From Folioceros fuciformis (taxonomy: Eukaryota), in NCBI GenBank assembly GCA_049999805.1, contig JBNGIO010006348.1:522452-586451 (forward strand): a DNA stretch of 64,000 nucleotides, read 5' to 3'. The translations under genes and the position numbers were made by a program. The notes below the pieces were generated by a model, which saw nothing but the letters and a program-made list of their open reading frames with translations, searched no databases and was not told the DNA's origin. Of the stretch, positions 1-11,267 are shown piece by piece (within the stretch, counting starts at the first letter, position 1; each line of letters begins with the position of its first letter).

Positions 1-456
1 TATATATATATTCTTTATTGCTTGAAAAAAATCTATATATTATATGAATTTACAACATAGGTTGCAAAGACAAAGATATGAGCACTAAAAGGGTGTCTAA
101 TGGATACATTCCAGAAGAGCATAGCTTAATTTAAATTAAAATAATTTAATATGGTAGATATCTGTTTAACCATACAAAGGGTATTCATTTATGTGTCATG
201 AGGCCCCCTCCTCGGATACACTTGGATGGCCAGAGGAATTATTAGGGCTTCTCTTTGAGCATCGTTGATTCACGGGTACATGAAAACGTTTGTCCGTGAG
301 ATGACAGAACTCGAACTATGTATCGTTGAATCTCATGCGTCTGTTTGTGTGTGAGAAGGAGGCCTTTGTAGAAAGCATGGTGGAGTTCGGAGATTGAAAC
401 TAGAATCCGTGCGCCATAGCCTGGCACGTTGTGTAAATTCCAGTAATGCATTGGCC

Positions 457-1767
457 ATGGATCCGGCAGCGGCAGACGATGATAGATCCGAGGATTCATC
501 AGTGGAGCCACTGGCAGTTTGGCAAGCTGTGGAAGAGGCTGATGTAGACAAAGTGCTGGAAGCAATTTTGAGGGGTGAAGGCATCGATGTGCCGCAGCCA
601 GAGACACTGAGCACTCCTTTGATTCTGGCCGCAAAAATGGATCGCAAGGATATTGTCCAAATGCTGTTGAAGAAAGGAGCGAATCCCGCATTGCAGGACG
701 CTGCAGGAGACACAGTCTTGCATTGGGCCGCCGTGAGAGGAGACGAGGAGCTGGTGAGCAAGCTTCTGGAAAAGGGCGTGGATGTGGACGCACGGGGGGA
801 ATATGGGAACACGGCGCTGCACCTGGCAGCTGGAGCCAACCATTTCGAGGTGGCAAGCCTGCTGCTTCAGGCCGGCTCATCCGTGTTTGCCAGGAATGAG
901 TTCGGCAACAACGCGTTGCACATGTCCATCCTCAACTCGGATATAGCCAGGATGGTGAAGGGGCTGATGGTGGGAGGGGAGAACGCTGTGGCGGCGCTCA
1001 GGGCAGAGGAGAATGAGAGGAAGACGCGGCTCAAGGAGGAGCGGGAGGCCGAGATTCTGAGGCAGCAGGAGTTGGACATGCAGGAGAGGGTGCAGGAGGC
1101 TAAGGACCAGGCCCGGCGGGACGCAATTGCGGCGGAGGAGAAGAGGATCGAGGAGGAGGATTTGGCGAGGGAGCGCGCGGCGCTTGAGGCTATCAGGCTT
1201 GCTGAGGAGGCGCGGATTGCTGCCGAAAGGGACGCCATCGAAGCGGAGAAGAGGCGGAAGAAGAACGCTAAGAAGATCAAGAAATTGCAGAAAGCGTTGC
1301 AAATGGGGAAGATGAAGAAAGATGAGTACGAGGAAAAATTGCAGAGCATTCTGAATCCTCCCCCAAAAAAGGAAGGGGGAGTGGAGGCTGGGGAGGAAAA
1401 GAAAGGAAAGAAGGGGAAAAAGAAAGGGAAGAAGGGGAAGGCGGCGGCGAAAAAGGAAGGGAGTTCCGCGGTGGACGACGGAACAAAAGTAGAGAAGAGC
1501 CCCGGGGGAAAACCAGCAGAGGCACACAACCCAGAGGAGAAGAAGGCTGAGGACAGAAAGGGTGACGACAAGAAGCCAGAGGAGAAGAAGGGTGACGACA
1601 AGAAGCCAGAGGAGGGCAAGGCTGAGGAAAAGAAGGTAGAGGACAAGAGGCCGGAGGAGAAGAAGCCTGAGGAGAAGAAGGCGGATGACCAGAAGCCCAA
1701 GGAGGAAAAGTCAGAGGTGGAAAAACCGCAGGAAATGAAAGTAGAGGAGACGCCGTCGAAGCCCTAG
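457..1767 (+). CDS. Intronless ankyrin-repeat protein with coiled coil and K/E-rich repetitive C-terminus
   Basis: First ATG of ORF 394-1767 is at 457. About 4 ankyrin repeats (TPLILAAK, GDTVLHWAA, GNTALHLAA, GNNALHMSI), an E/R/A-rich coiled coil, then ~10-aa PEEKKxxDKK repeats (30-nt period, ~1531-1700). Confidence 0.85.
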   Translation: MDPAAADDDRSEDSSVEPLAVWQAVEEADVDKVLEAILRGEGIDVPQPETLSTPLILAAKMDRKDIVQMLLKKGANPALQDAAGDTVLHWAAVRGDEELVSKLLEKGVDVDARGEYGNTALHLAAGANHFEVASLLLQAGSSVFARNEFGNNALHMSILNSDIARMVKGLMVGGENAVAALRAEENERKTRLKEEREAEILRQQELDMQERVQEAKDQARRDAIAAEEKRIEEEDLARERAALEAIRLAEEARIAAERDAIEAEKRRKKNAKKIKKLQKALQMGKMKKDEYEEKLQSILNPPPKKEGGVEAGEEKKGKKGKKKGKKGKAAAKKEGSSAVDDGTKVEKSPGGKPAEAHNPEEKKAEDRKGDDKKPEEKKGDDKKPEEGKAEEKKVEDKRPEEKKPEEKKADDQKPKEEKSEVEKPQEMKVEETPSKP

Positions 1768-2418
1768 GAGAAAATAGACGAGAAAAATGTCGGCGAAGGG
1801 TAGACAAATACTCGTCCTTGGAGGTAAACTGGATGCAGGACCACATGCTGTGCCTCTCCCTCTCCTCCTTTGAGTGCTGGGAGGCTGGGTGCTGGAAGAT
1901 CAAAGAGGCTGCATTAATATTGCTGCATCATAGCAACAAGACTCTCAGGGAAGTCATGTCCGTCACGGTGACCCAGCAACTCTGGTGAGTTCAGTGTCCA
2001 GATGCAAAAATAGATAGATAACTGATAACATGTGTTGTAACTAATGATGTGCAAACTGCCAGGTTCACAAGGTGCATTACTCACGCGGTGGTTAGACTAT
2101 AGGCATGGGCAAGTCAAGGTCGTTTAACGACCAGGATTTCTCACACGGGTTACCGGTCACAAGGGTGAACTTCCACCACTCGGGTAACCACATCACTCTT
2201 GCAACTCTGATCCCGTCCAGAGACAACTGGCAGTTTTGTTGACAATACTATCTAATGAACATGAAGAAGAAACATGTCTACAAGATCTCAGCTACAAAAC
2301 TGAATCCCGAAAGAGACATGGAGATGGCCAGGAATTGTTCCACAAAACTGAAGTTCGAAAAGAGAAATGAGATGACCGGGAAGTGTGCAGCCTACGCATT
2401 CTCGTGAAGCAGCTCAGT

Positions 2419-4380
2419 TTAGGCATGCTTAGTGGAATCTGACAACAATGTTTCGTGAACTCGGATCACTTGCAGGCCATAGCGTGCACCATCCTGGAGC
2501 GCGAGTCCACATATCAGAACCAGTATAATGGAAAAGGCTCCGCGTTGTGAAGAGCACAAAATGAATTTGAAGTAAGATAAACGGACTGAACATACCTTGG
2601 GTAGCAGGACTGCAGTAGCGACTCTGCAGGAAACGTTTGCACCTGCACAACCAATTCAAAAGGTGATTACTGGCTATCACAGTCATGTCTTGCACAGTCT
2701 GGTATAAACTCTTGAATGAACAGAGCCTACCACTTCGCTGCTGTCTGTCAAAGGTCACAAGCCAGCCGTTCTCCCCAAGCCTCGTTGGACGTACTCGATC
2801 CGCCCATACCCGAAAATTCGAGCCCTTCAAAAACCCATATTTCGATCTCAGTTCTTGAATGACATCTCTCATACGATACCTCAGGCCGGTATGGCTCACA
2901 CCTTCTGCATTCTCTGCCTGCAGACAACAGACACTTTCGTCAACAGCACAGTCATGCATCTCTCCACCACAACACATTCTGGACAAGATAACTGCGTCAC
3001 TTACCAGGAGACTGTTGAAGAAATCGAAAACAGCTCCACTGTCATCAACTTCTCCGCGAATGTATCGTTCGTAAACTAGAAGTTGCTGGACAATAAGGTG
3101 TGCCGGGGCTGCCAGGCTTCCAGCTTCAATTGCGGGAAGACCATGGATAGGATCAACATCCCGGGGAGAAACATTGGGTTCAATTTTGAAGTGCTGCAAC
3201 GCTTGTAGAATCGCAGCTGCACATCTTTCCGTTGCCAGGAAAATTTTGGGATTGTTTTTAGCATTCAGGTCATGCCAATGCAGTAACTCCTCCTGAGCAT
3301 TGCCAACCTGCATGAGTGAGGGAGGTGTCAGGAGAATGCCATGAACTGCACCTCGGCCACACTATTAGGACAGACTGTTTGACGCTTCTCATGGAGAGTC
3401 TTGTCACTTACTATGACTCCATGCACGCCTGGCACACTGAAAAGTTCTGCATCATTTCCAGAGTCTCCACAGACGAGTGTAGTCCGTGGAGAAGTTCCCT
3501 CCGCCTCGTACCTGCGCAGAAGGTAAGCCAGGGCCTCTCCTTTCCCCGCTCCTTGTGGCAGCACATCCAGATCAGTGCCCCCACTGTAGATGATTTTAGC
3601 TTCCAGCTGTTCACAATCGCAGATGCATCGTGGTCAGCAGCTTATCTTCACTAGGCTCAGAAGGAAAGCAGCGAAGGTTCGTGCGGAGCCTCGTTTTGGT
3701 TGTGCTCACCCCACGCTTTCTCAATCTTTCTGATAAACTCGCCACAACTTCTTCCGCGTCTGCCTTCCGGCAACTAAAGCTAACTTTGTGAGGCCTTTGT
3801 TCTGTGTCTGCCTGCAAGGCACGAGCACACTTCGGTTATGACAAACGCTGGACAGGAGTAAGAACAAAGGGAACTTGATATGCACACAATCCTTGCAACC
3901 ATAACAGGTCAAGGCCCCTAACCACCAAACCTGAAAGCTCAGCTGGGAGTACTTTTTCGCCTCCTCCACAACAACACTTCGATCCCACCCTTCATTGAGC
4001 ACAGTCTCCCAAGCAGAGTCAGGAGTCATGGTGTCCCCGTACATAATTTCGGTCCCAACCGACATAATCGCAATGTGTGGTGTAGCCAGGGGCTTGGCAC
4101 TCCTGAGCTCCTTGTACAATGTCGGAGACCTCCCGGTGGAGAACACCAGGGTGGAGTCAAAATTGTACTCCGCTTGCCAGAGCGCATTGAACCTAAGTAA
4201 AGAGGTATCATCCTCATCATGATGATCAACCTGCGACAGCAATTCAAGCATCACAGACCTGGTACCTTTTTTGCCAGACTCCGCAACGAAAACACAAATT
4301 CAAGGACGCAGGAAATTTACCATGGTGTGATCAAGATCCGAGACGATCATAAGTCGCGGAGTTGAGGTTTGCTTCGCCAT
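2419..4380 (-). CDS. SPP: Sucrose-phosphate phosphatase (HAD family), 7 exons
   Basis: Spliced motifs: [77 protein letters not shown], plus an S6PP C-terminal domain ending [13 protein letters not shown]. Exons approx 4380-4321, 4230-3931, 3811-3710, 3606-3412, 3307-2731, 2642-2596, 2493-2419, with GT-AG boundaries. Confidence 0.95.
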
Positions 4381-5920
4381 TCTGCAGCCGTCTTAGCCAA
4401 AATTCGCTTCAAAAGACTGAGCCTGGCAGCACCTGCCGACCGGAGCTGTACAGGAATCTCAGGATCACAGGAAGCTCGGGATCACAGGAAACGGACCACC
4501 ACTGCTGGACTCTGCCAATCCCGGGCGTGCCACATGTAAAGCCCTGATTTCTTACAAGCAAATAAAATGGCCTCCACCACAAACACGAATTATGTTAGCA
4601 CGAAGCATTATGTTGCGACTCTACCTGATCTAAACTCACGTTTGCCAGTGCCCTCTTGCGGCTTAAGAGTGCCCTAATTGGGATAGGCTCAAAGACTAGA
4701 TATTTCCACTTGTTAGGTCCCAGCGGCAAAGCCTAGGCAAATTATTGGTAAATTGGTAGCCGATTGTGTCTCGCTTCCTTGTGGGCAGTCACTGCTCTTC
4801 GTGCAGGACGAGTGCAAAGAGATGCAGGGCGCAAATCTTCAGGTTCGTCTCCACGACTGAGTGAGAAATTCCCATGAACTGGTTAGTTTCCTTCTCCGCA
4901 AAATCACAAGTGAGAAATACATTCCTGCTTTCAGCGACTGCATTCCTGAGCCACAAACTCAAACACTGGTCAGGAGAGGGAAAAACATCCACTTTCGGGG
5001 CTCAAGCTGCAGTCACAGATGCAAAACGAGCTATCTACACCTACACAGTTCTTCCAAAGCAGGACGAGAGCGTTACCAGAAACTTGTCTAGCAACGAAAT
5101 CGCCTCTTGCTGGAAGCGAAACCGTCAGTCTCCATCATGGCAAGCTGGTTCACGTTCTAAGGAGATTCTTGTTGATTTGGTTTTGTCCGGCAAGAATGTG
5201 GGACAGTGTACACTAAAGGTGCGGGATCGACTCCGAACACTAGAAGCAACTAATGTGGTTCTGTGGCTTACCTTGATTGTGAAAGCTGAACCAGTACGCC
5301 TCCTTCATCTGTGTGCGTACTTCACCATGGAGGCGGTGGAGTATGCTTGAGGAGTCGCACCGACACGGTGTTCTCTATTTAAAATGATGCCTTCCGATCA
5401 TTCTTGCAATTCAGAATCCTCACGACACCCGCTGTTTAACTGTTTGACATGAGTCGAGAATCCGGAGCAGCCTTTGGCTTGCGGAGAGAAGGCTATCTGA
5501 TGAACACTGATTCGTGTTACTGTCTGGAATGCCTCTTCACTTAGGACAGGGACTTTGCTAGTCTCCTGAGATGGATATGCTTTGATACTCTCGGAATATC
5601 TCTGGCCTCAACATCGTTCACACCAACAATTTTGAAACGGGCTTCAAAACGCCGTCTAGCTACAACTCCTCCAGGTGGTGTGTCCCAGATGCGAAGATCT
5701 ACCAGGAAGCTTGTGATAGAAAACCTCGGATCACCCTGTAGCCGATAACTCTTTTGAAGGCCTCGAAGCACAATTTCTATTTGTCGATTTCAACTGCAAT
5801 CCATCTAACTCAAAACACTGACCTCTTTTGCTTTCTTTGAGGAAGCTCTATAGTATTTAGCTTGCAAGTATTTTCTATTATTGAAAATGACATAGAAAGT
5901 TCCTCTATTCCAAAGCTTGG

Positions 5921-6010
5921 AGGAACAACCTTTGGCCTTCCAATGATTGAAGAACAACTTGAGTAAGGAACAACCTCTAGCCTTCCAATGATTGGAGGAA
6001 CAACTTGGTT
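5921..6010. repeat. Short imperfect tandem duplication (~45 bp unit, aacct(t/c)t(g/a)gccttccaatgattg(a/g)a(-/g)gaacaactt)
   Basis: Two visible imperfect copies. Confidence 0.6.
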
Positions 6011-6603
6011 GTTCCTCGCACGACAAAGGCGGATGGCGTTCTCGCCAGCCAATTGCACTGTTTCAACAAATGTCCTCCCCGGTTATTGAAGTACTGACTC
6101 TGAGGAAAACACTGGCCGGAAACATAAGCCTGAAGGGGTGACATGTGGTTCAAGTTTCATCACCGGTGGGTGGCCTGTCATGCAAATCTGCTGGTCCGGC
6201 AGGCGGGGGACGAAGCGTGAAGAGAAGGAAAGGCACGAAGACATCGTTCAAGTGGCCAAGCAACGGCAAAAATTCGTCGTTGTTCCCGAACTACGACGGA
6301 CCGTTTTCCCTGGTTGAATTCAACGTGTCAGCCTGCATTGAGTGAACGCAATAATTCTACCTCCTAAAAAGCTACATGGAAGACTGCCTCTATCCAGTAA
6401 ACTCCACACCTACTGGACCATACATACCAATGAACTTGGTTCATGTCCATCAAGCGTGCCAAAGGCAGTTTGTAATTGATCAACATCAATGAATCCGGAA
6501 TCCGTCTCGATGCTGGAAGGAGAGGGCATAACTACGCAACGACTCCACACCGCTCCAAAGCCCGCTGCTTCCACCACCAGAAACATCCACCTGTAATCCG
6601 CTT

Positions 6604-6891
6604 TCAAGTATGAGTAATAGGACCGTCGGCGTAGCCAGTCGATGAAGACTCTCCGATTTCTGCGTTCGAATCGAAAACATTCCAAACAACGATGATCAGG
6701 ATCACTGGAACAATCATCAAGATCAGCAGCAGAGAACGCTTGTGCTGCATTTCCGATCTGTACGCCGCAGCACGCGCCTTGGATTCCGTCTTCACCGGCC
6801 GCGGAACCTCGGGGATCAGAACCTGCAGTTCCTCCAGCTCGCTCATCTCAACCTCCCTGCTCATCTGCGAATTTCCCTCTAATTCCGACAT
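6604..6891 (-). CDS. Hypothetical small single-pass membrane protein or degraded gene fragment
   Basis: 95-aa ORF with one strong hydrophobic helix (LLLILMIVPVILIIVVW). No clean downstream exons could be built. Confidence 0.25.
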   Translation of the reverse strand: MSELEGNSQMSREVEMSELEELQVLIPEVPRPVKTESKARAAAYRSEMQHKRSLLLILMIVPVILIIVVWNVFDSNAEIGESSSTGYADGPITHT

Positions 6892-7400
6892 ATGCTCTTT
6901 ACACCGCCCGACCTACGCTGCCACGATCCCACGACTTGCACGCCACTCTGCAACTCACACACCCGGCGCTTCTGAACCATCCCGACTCCAAACCATCTCC
7001 CACCTAGTTCTTCGGTCTCCTTGTCTGCGCACCGTTGCTGCCGACAACGCTGGTCACTCGCATCGCTCCACACTGACAACATCAACAATATAGGTAGCAT
7101 GTGGGGAACATGTTCTCGGTAACCTAACTGGGTTCGAACTCGAGGTTGGATCTCCTCGCGCGGAATTCACAGTTTGAAGCTATTCCTTCGTATGGAAGGC
7201 GCGTTCATCGTGGAACAGTTGGACTGCGAAGTTGTCATATTTTAGCGGCTTGATATGTTGCCGTCGCTGTTACATCTGCTTGGAGCTAACGAGACGTCTT
7301 TGCAAATGGGCAGAGGAATCCCTGTACGTGTGAGACTGATAGCGAGCTAGAGGAGCTCAGGGTCGCGGTCGAGTTTGAGGATTGTGCAGAATTCAGGAGC

Positions 7401-10400
7401 ATGGGGGATTCTGGTTCCCTTGAGGCCGAGCAAGGTGGTGTGAACGCGGTTCTCTTGAGAGTGCTACCCACTCTTTCAGAGGAGATACTCTCTGATCTCT
7501 TCTCGCTTGGGGTATGTTGTTGCATGGACTGTGTGTTCCCTCAAGGGCTTGTTCTGTGGTTCATTATTTGCTTGCCTGCAGGATGAGACTGAGGGCTCCC
7601 CGTGTGTGACATAGGTGTGCTCACGATGCGTGTTCCGGTTTCTGAATGTCCGGGATACAGTCTACAGCATAGAGTTACCGAGTCCTTCTGCCTTGTTGGC
7701 GCTCGCTCAAAAGGACTTGTTTAATGGAGACAACGTCAGGACTGCTAGTCGGAGTAAACCTGCAAATGCGGAGAAGAAGCAGAGTCGTGCTCTTGGGCCA
7801 CGGATTGCCAAACCGTGCAGTGTTTGTATGGGAATCTTGCAGATGCCGGATCCTGTTGAGTGGACTGATGTGCCCGACGCTGCCAACAATTACACCACTA
7901 AGTTCTCCATCTTGGAAGCAACGAAGCCTGGAGGATACACGTTTGACAGCTTCTGTTTGGAGGTCACGGTGCCAGCTGTAGCCCTCGTAAGGGAGAGAGC
8001 ACTTTGGTATTAGACTGATTGATTACTTGGAATGATATTTTTCTCAGCTGGTTGCAAATACTGTGTAGTGGAATCTGGTAGGCTCATTACCACCTCAGTC
8101 TCGCCGCCATCAACACACAGCACTTAAGGAGATCTATTTATGCAGGTGCTATTTGCAGAGGACTTACAATTCCAGGGGACTGTTTGAGGGTTGGGATCCC
8201 TCCGACCATATTGTATCGCTGAAGGAAGCAGTCAAATGGTCTTTGATTGAAGGGGTGGAAATTTTACTGGTATGGGCACCTTCGGCACGTGCAACCGGCT
8301 TGGGGTGGAATGGGAAAAACTCATGTTTAGGGGATGACTAGCTGTTTGGGCTCTTTGCAGGGTGTCAAATTTGATTCAAGATCTACTTTCCGAATTGCGT
8401 TAGTCTACAAGCATTCTGATCCGTCATTGGATCTGGATTTTCTTGTTGGGAACGACTCCAAGAGGAGGAGGAGAGGTTTTCACTAAACTCATTCTCATTT
8501 TAGTCAATATGGATGGATATTGTTCGTTTGTAAGACCACTGTGCTTAGTAGAGTTCCGTGGCCACTGCTTCTAGGTTACGCTCCAGCAAGTGATCGTGCT
8601 TCAGAAGGGTTTGCAGCGGTAGCGGCGGCAAGATCTGCAGAGAGTTCAGAGTCACTTGCATCCGTTCAGCGATCTCTGTCATCAATGCCTGATGAAACGT
8701 TCACTCGACACTTTCCAAGCCCTCCGCTCCAGGTGCCACATATATCTACCTCTTTTTCTTTATGTGCTTTTGTGACCAGTACCTTATGGTTCGAACAGGG
8801 CGCTACCTTTTTTCAGGTCTGATTGCTCCTAGGGTGGTTTGACTTGCAGCCTGATCAGTCATGTGAATTGACTATTATGTGCTGGAGAGATTCCACGTAT
8901 GTTGGTGGGCGGTATTGCAAGGTACGGAGCAAGCTCTCTCTATGGTGTCCTCTTTTTTCAAGCTAGTTGTGGTCTTAACAATTGAAGATCTTGCTCAAAG
9001 AGATGGCAGATATGTCATTGTTGCTGAGTTGTTGCCAAAACTGTACCTTTTGTTGTTGTAGTTCTCACGGAACATAACCCAGAGTCGCTGGATGATTGAC
9101 GAAGAGAGAATGGGGGATGGTTCAGTGCAAGTGAGTGGGGAAAGTTGTCTAGCGTTCTGCCATGTTCAAGAATTTTGGAGCTAATATGTGAGGAATATTT
9201 TTTCAGGAAACTGTGGGGAATGTCGTGTGTCCACATTTCAAAGCTGATGGCTACAAGTTCCATGCGGCCGGTCGTGAAGACATGGATGTGAGCCTCTTTC
9301 GTCTACCTTGACCCAGGTACCGTTTTATATCTGAAGCGTACGCCTTGTCAACTAATAGCTTCTCCATAGGTGAGAATGCTTGGCAATGGGAGACCATTTT
9401 TACTCGAGATAATGAACGCAAGGGTGATTCCAAGTCCAGCAGAGATGACTCACTTGCAGGGGCTAGTGAATAGTAGCCAAAGCTTGGTGTGTACTCGGAA
9501 GATCCGTCGTTGACGTTCTTTTGTGTTTGTATCTTCGGTATGCTGCTAGGTGTACTTTTAAGGGCATCACTAACCGGTATTTTGCTTTTTGGCATAATCC
9601 TGCCAGAGCAGGTTCAAGTGCGTGGACTGCAGGTGGTTGGTGTCGAGGCATGTGCGCTGATGAGGGAAGGAGAAGCAGAAAAACAAAAGGAGTATGTTGC
9701 GGTTGTCTGGTTATCTAGAGCTGCCCTGCCCTCAGATTTTGAAACACTCTCCAGTTTGTCAGAGTTGGTGCGAACTTTCTCATTCTGTCTTCACCTCTCT
9801 GGTTGATTATCGTCATTCTGGCCTGTTGATCCTCCTGACTTTTCACATGTGAGTGTGCAGATCATTGAGCAAAAAACGCCTATTAGGGTGCTGCATCGGC
9901 GCAGCCCACTCATTCGACAGCGAGCTATTCACTGGTATTGAGCAAGTCTTGTTTTCCTGTTCAATCTCTTGGCCAACTTGGCAACAATCAAATAACTCGC
10001 TTGCCTGTGCAGGATGAGATGTGAAGCGATTCCAGGCAGGAGCGAGTATTTTCTTTTGTATCTTTGCACTCAGGTACGCTACCAGCTATTTTCTCCTTCC
10101 TCACTCTGGTGCTCCTAAATCACAGTATCCGGAAAGATTTTCTCGAAGTAAGCTTCTGCCCAGGTGGGCTACTCTCATGTCTTCTGTGCCCACCTCATCG
10201 ACTGCGCGCGTGCAGGCTGGCACATACATCAAGGAGTTCGTTCATGGAGATCTTGGCCGGACAGTCCCGAAGTATGCCTTCTGGTGTATCTTTGTCATGT
10301 ATTTCCGTGTTTGAGCCATAATCTGAGAACCGTCCTCCACGGTCGCTTGACAATGCCTCCTGGTGTTCCCCCAGTATTGGATCGTTGTTGGGCTGCGAGG

Positions 10401-10468
10401 CGCAAATCTTACAGCTGGATGTTGTGGACGTCAAGATGGACTTTGTGACAACGGAGGATCAGCCGTGA
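7401..10468 (+). CDS. PUS10: tRNA pseudouridine synthase Pus10, multi-exon
   Basis: Spliced motifs YVGGRYCKFSRNITQSRW, FHAAGREDMDVRMLGNGRPF, EGEAEKQKEY, QKTPIRVLHRR, TQAGTYIKEFVHGDLGRT, LQLDVVDVKMDF, plus N-terminal CxxC pairs. Stop TGA at 10466-10468. Confidence 0.95.
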
Positions 10469-11267
10469 CAAACAATTTCGTCACAAACTCAACAGGTCTA
10501 GTGAATCTATTGTGATCTGGTGAATCATAGGGATGTTAGAAATTGTCTTCATTCAATGTAGAAGATGTTTGCAAGTGGCTCATCTCCAACAGCATCGCTG
10601 TGAAACGCAGCATGCACACTTAGGTCCGTACGTAGATGGGGTTGCCTTGACAGAGTGGATGCCTTGTGTGCAAGTACCCTGCTTAGGCATAGCAGGGTAC
10701 AAGTTTCCCATCGCCTTCTTCACTACCCAAAATTGATTGCTAAACTTTTTCACCTCTCCCTTTAGGTATGACAATTTGGACTCCTTTGTCAAGCATCCTT
10801 GAGCAGGATCGCTCTTAGGATCGGGTGCCATGTGTTCCCTGTGGGGAAAGCCTCACGATTCTACCTGCTCTGAATCCTGAAAGGGGGCTACTTTAAATAT
10901 GTGTATCTAGCTTTGTTCTCACAAAGAAGGGAAATTACCGCCATGGCTTACGCTGAGCAATGGTCAACTGGGTCCACTGTCGGAATCTAATTCGTCCTGC
11001 CCTCATCTGTCTGGAAAATTCACATCTCCTTTGTTCGTGCCAAATGATTATATGGGCTTCTTAGAACGGAGAATCTCGACAGGAGTATCTTGATCTCCTT
11101 GCAAATCTTGCGAATTGGAAAAATCGGCCGTGTTGGAACTGGCATAGTGCTATCTTCTGTCGTTGGGAGATCTGTGTTGGGTCCGGGTTCTGGTTGCGTG
11201 CTTCGACATTGATACTGCGCAGCTTGAGTTGGCCTCCATTTGGAATTTCAAAGGCATCCGACATGCT

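Noticed and set aside
242-1903. Long antisense ORFs over the ankyrin gene, and similar ones over TOR1 and the PPR genes
   Set aside because: They are shadows of biased-composition coding strands with no recognisable domains.
4789-6400. Several short ORFs between SPP and PUS10
   Set aside because: No consistent spliced frame or motif could be built; stops occur in all frames.
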